Positions 38,906 through 48,230 of a DNA stretch of 64,000 bases are shown here, in pieces. Under the pieces are notes generated by a model. That model saw only the letters and a program-made list of their open reading frames with translations. It made no database searches and was not told where the DNA came from. Source of the DNA: an uncultured Pseudomonadales bacterium (GTDB lineage: Bacteria; Patescibacteriota; Microgenomatia; UBA1400; PJMF01); contig CAZOVA010000003.1 of the NCBI GenBank assembly GCA_964583625.1, forward strand, positions 5,038 through 69,037. The letters run 5' to 3'. Made by a program: the position numbers and the translations under genes. Each line of letters opens with the position of its first letter. The first letter of the stretch is position 1.

Positions 38906-40051
38906 ATGATCACCATTATAATCTTTTTACTAATCCTTTCTTTTGTCGTTATTATTCACGAATTAGGTCATTTTTATTGGGCCAAAAAATTCGGTGTTAA
39001 GGTGAATGAGTTTGGCTTGGGTTTTCCTCCTCGTTTATGTCAATTATTTGTTTGGCAAGAAACTCCCTTTACTCTAAACTTAATTCCTTTAGGAGGTTTT
39101 GTCTCTTTAGAGGGAGAGACAGAAACTCAGGAAAATCTAGACCTGCAAACTCCCAACAATCAAACAAAACCCACCTTTCGTTTCAACCAGAAAAAACCCA
39201 AAGAAAAATTCTTTATTATTTTAGCTGGTCCTTTGGCAAATTTTCTCTTAGGAGCCCTAGCTTTTATTTTTCTTTTTAGCTTTGAAGGTGTCCCTATGAT
39301 AGAGAAGGATCGGATCTTCATTGATGGAGTCGCACCAAATTCACCAGCAGCCATTGCTGGAGTAGTCGCTAGAACTCAAGTATTGACTTTAGGCCTTTCC
39401 GAAGAAGCACTGATCCCAATTTATAATAGTCAAACCTTAATTGATTTTGTGGAACAAAATCAAGGAAAAACGGTTTTTTTACGCACCAGCGGTTTGTGTG
39501 ATGATTTTGGTCAGTGTCAAGAGAGCGTTTTTACATATCAACTCCCTTTGAGAACAAAAGAGCAAACACCAGCGGGAGAGGGGATTTTAGGGGTGGCTTT
39601 AACTGACACCAGTCTAACTTTCTACCCCTGGTACAAACATTTACCTTTGAGCATTTACCACGGATTTAAACAGTCAATCTGGTCAGCTAAACAGTTATTA
39701 TTGGGCTTAGGTCAAGGATTAGCTAATTTATTCTCTGGCCAAAAAAGTAACTTAGTTTTAATGGGTCCAGTTGGCATCGTTGATCAATTACACAAAACCA
39801 GGACTTTCTCTCAAGGATTTTCAGCGGTTCTTTACTTTATCGGTATTTTATCGATCAATTTAGGAATTATCAATCTCTTGCCTCTGCCAGCCCTTGATGG
39901 CGGTCGATTAGTTCTGATTATTTTAGAGAAATTTTTTGGGCAGAAAAAAATCAGCAGGTTTGAAAACCAGCTAAATTATTTTGGTTTTTTCTTTCTCATT
40001 TTTCTCACAATTTTAATCACTGGTCAAGATATTTGGCGTTTATTACACTAA
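38906..40051 (+). CDS. rseP: Site-2 (M50) membrane zinc protease
   Basis: HELGH, PLGGFV, AGP, NLLPLPALDGG. Confidence 0.9.
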   Translation: MITIIIFLLILSFVVIIHELGHFYWAKKFGVKVNEFGLGFPPRLCQLFVWQETPFTLNLIPLGGFVSLEGETETQENLDLQTPNNQTKPTFRFNQKKPKEKFFIILAGPLANFLLGALAFIFLFSFEGVPMIEKDRIFIDGVAPNSPAAIAGVVARTQVLTLGLSEEALIPIYNSQTLIDFVEQNQGKTVFLRTSGLCDDFGQCQESVFTYQLPLRTKEQTPAGEGILGVALTDTSLTFYPWYKHLPLSIYHGFKQSIWSAKQLLLGLGQGLANLFSGQKSNLVLMGPVGIVDQLHKTRTFSQGFSAVLYFIGILSINLGIINLLPLPALDGGRLVLIILEKFFGQKKISRFENQLNYFGFFFLIFLTILITGQDIWRLLH

Positions 40052-40065
40052 AAGAAAGATGATTT

Positions 40066-40317
40066 ATGGGACAAAGATATAAACAACTAGGCAAGAAAAA
40101 AATCAAAAAAAATAAAAAAAAGCTAAAAAAAGAAATCCTGAGGCCTACGGCAGAGACGACTTTATCTATTGATGATATTAAGTCAAAGTCTAGCCTAGTA
40201 GCAAAACCAGAAACTGAAATCGATAATCATTTTCTTAAGCGAGAATTGCGACGAACTTTTTTTTCCACTATAATAATTCTGACTATTTTACTAATTATTT
40301 TTTTTATGATAAAATAA
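40066..40317 (+). CDS. Small basic protein with C-terminal TM
   Basis: 83-aa ORF in the operon. Confidence 0.65.
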   Translation: MGQRYKQLGKKKIKKNKKKLKKEILRPTAETTLSIDDIKSKSSLVAKPETEIDNHFLKRELRRTFFSTIIILTILLIIFFMIK

Positions 40318-40336
40318 ACGGATAAAGGATGTTTTT

Positions 40337-41656
40337 ATGTTGGAAAAAATCGATTTAAATGCCAATAATCAGATTGATGACTCTCAAGCAGAGAGATTAA
40401 TTCCTCGACAACCGAATTGGCGATCACAAAGTAGAAATTTGGAAAGCTCTGACATGTCTAGTAAAAAAAATGGTTTTGCCTATCTCATTCCTGTTTTAGC
40501 TTTTATTTTAGCCTTCACTTTGGGTAATTTTGTATTTTCTCAGGGTAAAAAGACCTCAACTCCGCCAGTTGAGACAGAGGCTCCAACTCAGGAAGAGGAA
40601 GACTCTTTATTGCAAATAGACGCTTCTTTACCGAAAGATCAGGCCTGTCCTCTAAACGGACAACTCTATACTCAACCAGAAAAAGACGCCTGGTCGCAAA
40701 AAAGGCCGTTGGCCGTGATGATTGAAAATACTCCAGACGCTAGACCACAATCGGGACTTTCTAATGCAGACATTGTCTTTGAAGTCGTCGCCGAAGGAGG
40801 AATCACTCGTTTTATGCCTATCTTTTATTGTGATGTACAAAAAAAAGATGTAACTTTGGCTCCAGTTCGTTCGGCTAGAACTTATTTTATCAACTTAGCT
40901 TCTGGTTTTAACTATCCGATGTATGCTCATGTCGGTGGCGCTAATTTTGACGCTACACCAGCAACTCACTCCCTCAATCAATTATCACAATACGGCTGGG
41001 TGGGTAATAATGACATCAATCAGTTTAGTGTTGGTTATCCCACTTTTGTTCGTGACTATAATCGTATACCAGGAAAAGAGGTGGCCACTGAGCATACTAT
41101 GACCACGAGTACTCAAAAACTTTGGGCGGTAGCTGCAAAAAGAGGTTGGACCAATATGTCTCCTGACTTAAGAATTGGTAAAAAAACTTTAGCGGCTGCT
41201 GATTGGCAAGAGGGTTATAAAGGTTGGCAGTTTATTGATGGTCAAAGTAAAGCTCAAACACAAACTGTTCATTATGAATTTTGGAGCGGTTTCAAAGATT
41301 ATGAGGCTACCTGGAGCTATAATGCCGACAGCAATCTTTATACTCGTGCTTCGGGTGGAGTTGCTCAAACAGATCTTAATAATGGTCAACCCTTACAGTT
41401 TGCCAATGTTATTGTTATGTTTACCAAAGAAACTGGTCCTCTCAATGAGGTTAAACATATGATGTATGACGTCATTGGACAAGGAAAAGGGTTGCTTTTT
41501 AGCAATGGTGAAGCTCAAAACATCACTTGGAGTAAAAAAACTAGAGAAAGTGAATTGGAATTTACAGACAGCAAAGGTAAAAGTTTAGAACTGAATCGGG
41601 GTAAAATTTGGGTCTCGGTTCTATCAGATAGAAACGTCAATAAAGTCAGTTATTAG
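40337..41656 (+). CDS. DUF3048 (YerB-like) protein
   Basis: PLAVMIEN...ARPQSGL..AD.VFE...EGGITRF, PVRSAR. Confidence 0.88.
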   Translation: MLEKIDLNANNQIDDSQAERLIPRQPNWRSQSRNLESSDMSSKKNGFAYLIPVLAFILAFTLGNFVFSQGKKTSTPPVETEAPTQEEEDSLLQIDASLPKDQACPLNGQLYTQPEKDAWSQKRPLAVMIENTPDARPQSGLSNADIVFEVVAEGGITRFMPIFYCDVQKKDVTLAPVRSARTYFINLASGFNYPMYAHVGGANFDATPATHSLNQLSQYGWVGNNDINQFSVGYPTFVRDYNRIPGKEVATEHTMTTSTQKLWAVAAKRGWTNMSPDLRIGKKTLAAADWQEGYKGWQFIDGQSKAQTQTVHYEFWSGFKDYEATWSYNADSNLYTRASGGVAQTDLNNGQPLQFANVIVMFTKETGPLNEVKHMMYDVIGQGKGLLFSNGEAQNITWSKKTRESELEFTDSKGKSLELNRGKIWVSVLSDRNVNKVSY

Positions 41657-41662
41657 GAGACT

Positions 41663-42256
41663 ATGGCAAAATTGCAAGATATTATTACTAGTCGAGTAAG
41701 AGTTAAACTCCTAGCCCTTTTTTACAATGAACCAGAGCAGATATTTTATATTCGTGAAGCCACTCGCAAGGTTGGAGAAGAAATTAATGCCGTCAGACGA
41801 GAACTAATTAAACTAACTGAAAATGGAATTCTTTTCTGCGAGGCTCGTGGTAACCGTCAATATTATGGAGTTAATAAAAGTTATCTCTTCTTTCCTGAGT
41901 TGCAACAAATGATTTTTAAAGAAACAGGCTTAGGTAAAAAAATTCGCCGCTTACGTAGAAAACTTGGTAAAATTGATTATGTAGTTTTCACGACCGACTT
42001 TTTCAATCGTCGAGAAAAAAGTGAAAATTTAGATATTCTTATTATTGGTGAAGTAGTCGTTCCTGAATTAGAGTTACTCTTGAAAGAAGAAGAAAAGATC
42101 TTGGGAAGAGAGATAAACTTTACTATTTTTGATTTAAATGAATTTAAGTTTCGCAAACAAAGACGAGATCCTTTTATCATGGATATTCTTTATGGCAAGC
42201 GACTAGTGATTATTGGTGATGAAGAAGAATTCGTGCAAAAAGGTCAATTTAGTTAG
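41663..42256 (+). CDS. Winged-helix protein with degenerate nucleotidyltransferase-like domain
   Basis: SRVRVKLL...YIRE...NAVRREL wHTH; LDILIIG...GREINF. Confidence 0.75.
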   Translation: MAKLQDIITSRVRVKLLALFYNEPEQIFYIREATRKVGEEINAVRRELIKLTENGILFCEARGNRQYYGVNKSYLFFPELQQMIFKETGLGKKIRRLRRKLGKIDYVVFTTDFFNRREKSENLDILIIGEVVVPELELLLKEEEKILGREINFTIFDLNEFKFRKQRRDPFIMDILYGKRLVIIGDEEEFVQKGQFS

Positions 42257-42259
42257 CAT

Positions 42260-43357
42260 ATGAGCTTAGATGAGACAGCTTTGGTTAATTTGCAGAGTCA
42301 AGCGCACCATCTTTTAAACCGTTTTTCCAAAGAAAATCTACAGGCAGAAATCGAACAATTACAAACAGAAAGTTTGGCTAGCGATTTTTGGCAAAAAACA
42401 GACGCCCAAGAGAAAATGCAACTTTTAGGGCAAAAGCAAAGTCAGTATCAGCAAGTGACGACATTAGAATCTTCCTTGGAAGATTTAGAAACAGTTTGGT
42501 TTTTATACCAAACTGAAGGAGAAACAGAGGAATATTTATCAGCTATAAATAAGTCTTTTGCTACTCTCGCAACTCTGGTCAAAGAGATGAGTCTGCAACA
42601 ATATTTGCAAGGCAAATATGATAATTGTGGGGTAATTTTTAGCCTTCATGCGGGTCAAGGAGGGACGGAAGCGATGGATTGGACGCAAATGCTCATTCGT
42701 TTGTATTTGCGCTATTTTGAAAGAAAAAAATTTAAATTTAAATTGATTCATGAATCAAGAGGTGAGGAGGCGGGGATTAAAACTATCAGTTATGAGGTTA
42801 GCGGTGATTATGCTTATGGTTTGCTCAAACATGAGGCTGGCACTCACCGCCTAGTTCGTCTTTCTCCTTTTAATGCTGATAATTTACGACAAACTTCTTT
42901 CTCTTTGGTTGATGTTTTGCCCTTGATTCCTGAAAGCGATCAGGCAATAAAAATTGCTGACAGCGAACTGTCTTGGCACTTTACTCGTTCTGGTGGAGCT
43001 GGCGGGCAAAATGTTAATAAGGTGAACACTGCTGTTGAATTAACTTATTTACCTCAAGGTTGGGTAATTCGTTGTCGTGAAGAGCGATCTCAAGAGCAAA
43101 ACAAACAGAGAGCTTTGCAAATACTAAGAGCTAAATTAGCTGTCGCGCAAGAAGAAGAAAGGAAGGCTCAGCTAGCGAGCGAAAAAGGGGAGCGAAACAC
43201 TCAAGCTAGCTGGGGGACACAAATTCGCAACTATGTTCTTCATCCTTATCAATTAGTCAAAGACACTCGGACTGGTTACGAGACCAATCAGACAACAGCC
43301 GTACTTGATGGAGAAATTGATGGTTTTATTGAGGCAGCTCTTACTCAGCTAACATGA
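42260..43357 (+). CDS. prfB: Peptide chain release factor 2
   Basis: SPF tripeptide, GGQ, GGTEAMDW; uninterrupted ORF. Confidence 0.95.
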   Translation: MSLDETALVNLQSQAHHLLNRFSKENLQAEIEQLQTESLASDFWQKTDAQEKMQLLGQKQSQYQQVTTLESSLEDLETVWFLYQTEGETEEYLSAINKSFATLATLVKEMSLQQYLQGKYDNCGVIFSLHAGQGGTEAMDWTQMLIRLYLRYFERKKFKFKLIHESRGEEAGIKTISYEVSGDYAYGLLKHEAGTHRLVRLSPFNADNLRQTSFSLVDVLPLIPESDQAIKIADSELSWHFTRSGGAGGQNVNKVNTAVELTYLPQGWVIRCREERSQEQNKQRALQILRAKLAVAQEEERKAQLASEKGERNTQASWGTQIRNYVLHPYQLVKDTRTGYETNQTTAVLDGEIDGFIEAALTQLT

Positions 43358-43373
43358 TATAATCTTTATTAGT

Positions 43374-44696
43374 ATGGCAAACTCTCCCCTTGGTACTTTT
43401 CTCCCCCTGACAGCGCTCAAAGATTTTTCTGCCTATTTAGATTTTCTAGCTTGGTTACAAAAAAATAATCAATCGGTTTGGCTGATGTTGCCCATCTCTG
43501 CGCCCGTGACTATGCCCTATCGCGGTGATGGTATCGGTTATGATGATTATTTTCTTTCAGCTTCTTTGCCAAAAAAATCTCAAACTTATTTATTCAAGCG
43601 TGAAGACTTTATCTCTCAGAACAAATTTTGGCTGGAAGACTTTGCCGTTCATCAAGCCCTAAGTGAACATTTTGGCACAAAAGAATGGTGGACTTGGCCG
43701 GCAGGAATAAAAGAGCATCAACGACAGGCATTGCTAGATTGGAAAAAAAAACTCTCTTCAAGAATTGATTTTTTTATAGATAGACAATATTTTTTAGCTA
43801 ATCAATTTGCTCTTTTGCATCAGGAGGCAAGAAAAAGAGAAATCACCCTTATGGGAGACTTGCCTTTCTATCTGAGTCAGGAAAGTTCTTTAGTTTGGGC
43901 GCACCAAAAATATTTTCTCTTACGCCGTCACGGAGAGCTGGAAATCCAAAGTGGCGTTCCAGCTTTAAAAGATGAACCCTTTGCCGCTCAGTTTTGGGGA
44001 CATCCTCTCTATAATTGGCAAGAAGCGGGTACAGAAAAGATTATGCAACTTTTTACTTGGCGTTTAAGCTTTTTAGCCCAATTTTTTGATACGGTGAGAA
44101 TCGATCACGCCAATGGCTTTTTTCGCTATGGGATTATGTATCCACAAAATCCTAAATGGTCTAAAAAAGTTGCTGGTCCAGGAAAAAAGGCCCTCAATAT
44201 TTTACTCAATCATTGTCAAACTCTTGACTTGGGAGTTTTTTTTGAAAATATTGGTAGTCAAACTATGAGACTGGAGCAATATATGAAAGAAAAAAAAGTC
44301 ATTGGCATGTCAGTTTTAACTTTGGCCTATAATTTGGATGCCACTTTAACTGGCAATCAGGTACCGACACCCAAGTGCAAGCAATTAGCTCTTGATCAAT
44401 ACAAAGGCAAACAAGTGATTTTTACTTCAACTCATGACACAATGCCTCTGCTCACCTGGTTGAAAATGCTCCCCGCTAAAATAAAAACTAAATTTTTGCT
44501 CACCAATAATTTGTCACCAGATTTAAGTGATGAACAATTATTAAAGAAAATTTTACATAGTCTAGCTAGCAATCAAAGCTCTCTTTTAATTGTTCCCTGG
44601 CAAGACTGGCAAGGAGAAACTTTTCGTTTTAATGTCCCAGGGCGAGAGGATTTAAATAATTGGACTTATCGAGTACCTATCGAAAAATTTCTTTAA
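43374..44696 (+). CDS. malQ: 4-alpha-glucanotransferase (GH77), shortened
   Basis: MGDLPFY, SGVP, QFWGHPLY, RIDH, FEN, THD, FNVPG. Confidence 0.85.
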   Translation: MANSPLGTFLPLTALKDFSAYLDFLAWLQKNNQSVWLMLPISAPVTMPYRGDGIGYDDYFLSASLPKKSQTYLFKREDFISQNKFWLEDFAVHQALSEHFGTKEWWTWPAGIKEHQRQALLDWKKKLSSRIDFFIDRQYFLANQFALLHQEARKREITLMGDLPFYLSQESSLVWAHQKYFLLRRHGELEIQSGVPALKDEPFAAQFWGHPLYNWQEAGTEKIMQLFTWRLSFLAQFFDTVRIDHANGFFRYGIMYPQNPKWSKKVAGPGKKALNILLNHCQTLDLGVFFENIGSQTMRLEQYMKEKKVIGMSVLTLAYNLDATLTGNQVPTPKCKQLALDQYKGKQVIFTSTHDTMPLLTWLKMLPAKIKTKFLLTNNLSPDLSDEQLLKKILHSLASNQSSLLIVPWQDWQGETFRFNVPGREDLNNWTYRVPIEKFL

Positions 44697-44763
44697 AAAT
44701 TTCTCAATTTAAATTACCAATCGCCTATATGTTATAATCAAGAGCGGTCAGTTCTTTAGCAAA

Positions 44764-44837
44764 GCGGAATTGGCGTATCGGTAGCGTATTTCCTTCCCAA
44801 GGAAAAGGGGCGGGTTCGACTCCCGTATTCCGCTCCA
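44764..44837 (+). tRNA. tRNA-Gly(CCC)
   Basis: GCGGAAT/ATTCCGC acceptor stem, TTTCC-TTCCCAA-GGAAA anticodon arm, GGTTCGACTCC, CCA. Confidence 0.93.
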
Positions 44838-44866
44838 CATTAAAAATTAATCATTAGAGAGATAAA

Positions 44867-45310
44867 ATGTCAGAAAACTTGATTGACAACCTGGCTTTAG
44901 AAGCTAGCGGTAGCGAAATGACTGAAGGAGTTAGTTTTTTACCATTCCTTCAAAATGAAAAAGTGGCGCTTTTTATTTTTACCTTGCTTGTATTGGCTGT
45001 TTTTGTTCTTAAAGCTTTTGCTTTATGGCAAGCAGCGAGAAAAAAACACACTTTTTGGTTTATTGCTATTTTTGTGCTAAACACTTTTGGTCTTTTGGAG
45101 TTAAGCTATATTTTTGTTTTGTCAAAACTTGATTGGCATAAGATACTTGAACAATTTGGAGTGAAAGTGAAAAAACAAGCCCTTGTCAAGCCAGTGAGTT
45201 TAGTCAAGGAAAATAAGACCAAAGTGGAAGATGTCAAAAAGTCTTCTCCTCAGAAGAAAAAAACTCTCAAACCAGCGAAGAAAAAAGTAAGCAAAGTAAA
45301 AAAGAAATAG
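44867..45310 (+). CDS. DUF5652-like small membrane protein with Lys-rich tail
   Basis: KAFALWQAARK....WFI....LNTFGLLE..Y. Confidence 0.75.
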   Translation: MSENLIDNLALEASGSEMTEGVSFLPFLQNEKVALFIFTLLVLAVFVLKAFALWQAARKKHTFWFIAIFVLNTFGLLELSYIFVLSKLDWHKILEQFGVKVKKQALVKPVSLVKENKTKVEDVKKSSPQKKKTLKPAKKKVSKVKKK

Positions 45311-45315
45311 CTTTT

Positions 45316-46179
45316 ATGCGAGTAAAGTTGGCGGCCGTTAGCGGTTTCTGCGGTGACGAAGGAAAGTTTGGCGTTTCTGGAGCTATTCGTTTGGCTTTGG
45401 AAGCAGCTTTGTCTGAGCCAGGTAATGTTTATTTAATTGGTGAATTGGTGCACAATCATCACGTCAGTCAGTGGCTCAAAGAGAGCTATCAAATAAAAAT
45501 TGTTAAGTCTCTAGCTCAAGTTCCTGAGGACGCCATTGTGGTTGTCAAAGCACATGGTGCTCCGCCAAAGTTCTTTGCTCAAGCGGAAAAAAAGAAAATT
45601 CGCCTAATTGACGCTACTTGTCCGATGGTCAAAGGAGCACAAGTATTAATTAAACAACTAGTCAAAGCTGGTAAGGAAGTTATTTATATTGCCTCTAGCA
45701 AAGATCATGATGAGGCGATTTCAGTCAGTCAGCAAGTAGAGAAGGGAGTAACGGTTATTACTTTGGATGAAATTGAAAAATTAGATTTAAAGCATCCAGA
45801 AAAAACAATTGTTTTAACCCAAACTACTTTATCAATTTTGGAAACTGAAGAAAAATTTGCTTTTTTGCAAAAAAAATACCCACAATTAACCATTCGGCCT
45901 CATTTATGTCAAGCTACCACTGCTAGACAACAAGCAGTTCTTGATTTAGCTCAAGAGGTAGATGTGTTGATTGTCGTTGGCGCGCCTCATAGTAGTAATT
46001 CTCAGCGATTAAAAGAAGTAGCTAGTAGTACCGGCAAAAAAGCTTTTGCTGTTAATCAAGCAGATGAAATTCAAACTGACTGGTTTGGACCAGAAATAGC
46101 CAGTGTGGGAGTCATCGCTGGAGCAAGTACTCCTCCCTGGATTACTGAAGAAGTAGTAGAAAAACTTCAATGTATTTAA
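45316..46179 (+). CDS. ispH: HMBPP reductase IspH
   Basis: GFC, LVHN, AHG, DATCP, TQTT, LCQAT..RQ, SSNS, GASTP. Confidence 0.93.
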   Translation: MRVKLAAVSGFCGDEGKFGVSGAIRLALEAALSEPGNVYLIGELVHNHHVSQWLKESYQIKIVKSLAQVPEDAIVVVKAHGAPPKFFAQAEKKKIRLIDATCPMVKGAQVLIKQLVKAGKEVIYIASSKDHDEAISVSQQVEKGVTVITLDEIEKLDLKHPEKTIVLTQTTLSILETEEKFAFLQKKYPQLTIRPHLCQATTARQQAVLDLAQEVDVLIVVGAPHSSNSQRLKEVASSTGKKAFAVNQADEIQTDWFGPEIASVGVIAGASTPPWITEEVVEKLQCI

Positions 46180-46652
46180 TTGGCTTAGGGCAAGATTCTC
46201 ATCGTTTAAAAAAAAGTCACAAAGGTCAAACCTTAGCCCTAGCTGGGCTCAGTTTCGATTGTGGCTTAACTTTTGTGGCTAATTCTGATGGTGATGTGAT
46301 TTTACACTCTCTTTGCAATGCTTTATCTACCGCTCTCGGTGGTGGCTCTTTCTCACAGTTAGCCGACCCCTTGTGTGCTCAAGGAATAGTGAATTCCAAA
46401 ATTTATCTTGAAAAATTCCTTAAAAAAATGACTGAAAGTTCTTATCAAATTCAAAACTTAAGCCTTAGTCTTGAGGGTTCTAAACCAAAACTCGAAAAAT
46501 ATAATCAGGCTTTGAAAAATTCTTTAGCCAATCTTTGTCAAATTGACCCTTCTCGGGTTGGCTTAGCTTTTACCAGTGGCGAAGGTCTAAATGCTTATGG
46601 CTTGGGAGAAGGAATTGCTTGCACCACCATTGTTTTATTAAAACACTTATGA
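46170..46652 (+). CDS. ispF: MEcPP synthase IspF
   Basis: GLGQDSH, SDGDV.LH, TSGEGL...G.GEGI. Confidence 0.9.
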   Translation: MYLIGLGQDSHRLKKSHKGQTLALAGLSFDCGLTFVANSDGDVILHSLCNALSTALGGGSFSQLADPLCAQGIVNSKIYLEKFLKKMTESSYQIQNLSLSLEGSKPKLEKYNQALKNSLANLCQIDPSRVGLAFTSGEGLNAYGLGEGIACTTIVLLKHL

Positions 46653-47539
46653 CTCTGCCAGACTTTTCTTTTTCTAGTGCCTGTAAAATTAACTTAGGTT
46701 TAAAAATTCACGATTATTTGCCGACTAACTATCATCAAGTATCGACCGTGATGGTAAAAATCCCTTTTTTTGACCAAATCAAAATCGTCTGGTCCAAAGA
46801 AGCACTAGCAGAAAACAAATTTTTTTGTTCTCATCCAACAGTGCCGATTGATTCGAGTAATTTGCTTTTGCAGGCTTTTTCTCTTTTACAAAAAAAATTT
46901 ATTTTACCAGCCGCCCACTTTTATCTGCAAAAACGCATTCCTTTAGGTTCAGGTCTGGGGGGCGGCAGTTTTAATGCTGGTTGTCTTCTTAAAGAACTTA
47001 ATCAACGCTTGAATTTAGGTTTAACACCATCAGAATTAATGGCCCTAGCTTTGACTTTGGGAGCAGATGTGCCTTTTGCTACTAGTGATTTTTCAGCTGT
47101 TTATGAAAAAAATCATGGCCTAAAAAACTTAGAGCAACAGTCAGTTTTCAGTTTACCAGCCTGTCAATTAGTTTTAGTTTGGCAAGATTTTTCTTTTTCT
47201 ACCAAAGAACTTTATCAAGAATGGCAAAAGCAAAGCTCCGAGCAAGACATGAAAAATGATTTACCATTATCAGCCCTCATTGAAGCTTTGAAAAAACAAG
47301 ATTTAAATCTAATCTCTCAGAACTTGCAAAATGATTTTAGTCAAACGATTTTTATTCGCCAGCCACAATTACTGAAAGTGAAAGAAAAACTACTTCAAGC
47401 TGGAGGTTTAGGGGTTAGTCCGACAGGTAAAGGGCCAACTCTTTTTGCTCTCTTCCCGCCAAACTTATCCCTCAACTCGCTTATTTCAGAGTGGAAGCCT
47501 CAACTCGGACACCTAAAAGTGATTAATTTCTCAAACTAA
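46649..47539 (+). CDS. ispE: CDP-ME kinase IspE
   Basis: KINLGL, YH, KRIP.GSGLGGGS, GADVPF, QNDF. Confidence 0.88.
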   Translation: MTLPDFSFSSACKINLGLKIHDYLPTNYHQVSTVMVKIPFFDQIKIVWSKEALAENKFFCSHPTVPIDSSNLLLQAFSLLQKKFILPAAHFYLQKRIPLGSGLGGGSFNAGCLLKELNQRLNLGLTPSELMALALTLGADVPFATSDFSAVYEKNHGLKNLEQQSVFSLPACQLVLVWQDFSFSTKELYQEWQKQSSEQDMKNDLPLSALIEALKKQDLNLISQNLQNDFSQTIFIRQPQLLKVKEKLLQAGGLGVSPTGKGPTLFALFPPNLSLNSLISEWKPQLGHLKVINFSN

Positions 47540-47549
47540 ATTTTTATTC

Positions 47550-48134
47550 TTAAAAAAGGGTGAATTGTGTGCCGCTTTGCGCTTTAGCTTTGAAGTCAAA
47601 GTCAACAGGGCACTCAATCAGACGGTTCCACTTATTATGGAATTTTATTTTTCCATGATTCCGACCATAATCATAAAGATCACGAGTGAGACGAACATCT
47701 TCGAGACAATATTTAGCTAATTCGTCAAATCTTTTTTCTCGGTAATAACGGATAGCATCTAAACCATCACCAATTTTTCCTCGATTAAAAGTAGCCTGAG
47801 CGACAGCATTCAAACTAATACGATGACCGCTAGCTTTTTTAATTTGATTCATTAAATCCAAAGTAGGAAGTTTCTTTAAGTCGCCAGTATAATATTTACT
47901 AAAAGTGGGTAAGTCAAAATTGTCAATATTGAAACCAATAATAACATCAGCCGCTTCCAAAAGAGGAAATAATTTTGCCAAATCTCTTTCAAAAAATCCC
48001 TGCATCTCTCCTTCACCAGTGAAGCCGTCTCGCAAACAAACCCCGACAAAAGAAATACCTAAATTTTCAGGAAAATAACCTCCCACCTCATCAAAGGTTT
48101 TTTGAGTTTCCACATCCAAAATTATCTGTTTCAT
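47550..48134 (-). CDS. DEDD/RNase H-like exonuclease (YprB-like)
   Basis: LDVET, GFN...FD, YCLEDV. Confidence 0.8.
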   Translation of the reverse strand: MKQIILDVETQKTFDEVGGYFPENLGISFVGVCLRDGFTGEGEMQGFFERDLAKLFPLLEAADVIIGFNIDNFDLPTFSKYYTGDLKKLPTLDLMNQIKKASGHRISLNAVAQATFNRGKIGDGLDAIRYYREKRFDELAKYCLEDVRLTRDLYDYGRNHGKIKFHNKWNRLIECPVDFDFKAKAQSGTQFTLF

Positions 48135-48230
48135 TTTTTTATCCATTCCTCTTTTTGGGAATCAGAAAGTCACTTTATCAAATTAAAGTGCAAAATGCAA
48201 GTAGGCAAAAATTTATTTTTGTTCTATAAT

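Noticed and set aside
42260-42400. Programmed +1 frameshift in prfB
   Set aside because: The ORF is continuous and has no CTT-TGA slippery site near the 5' end.
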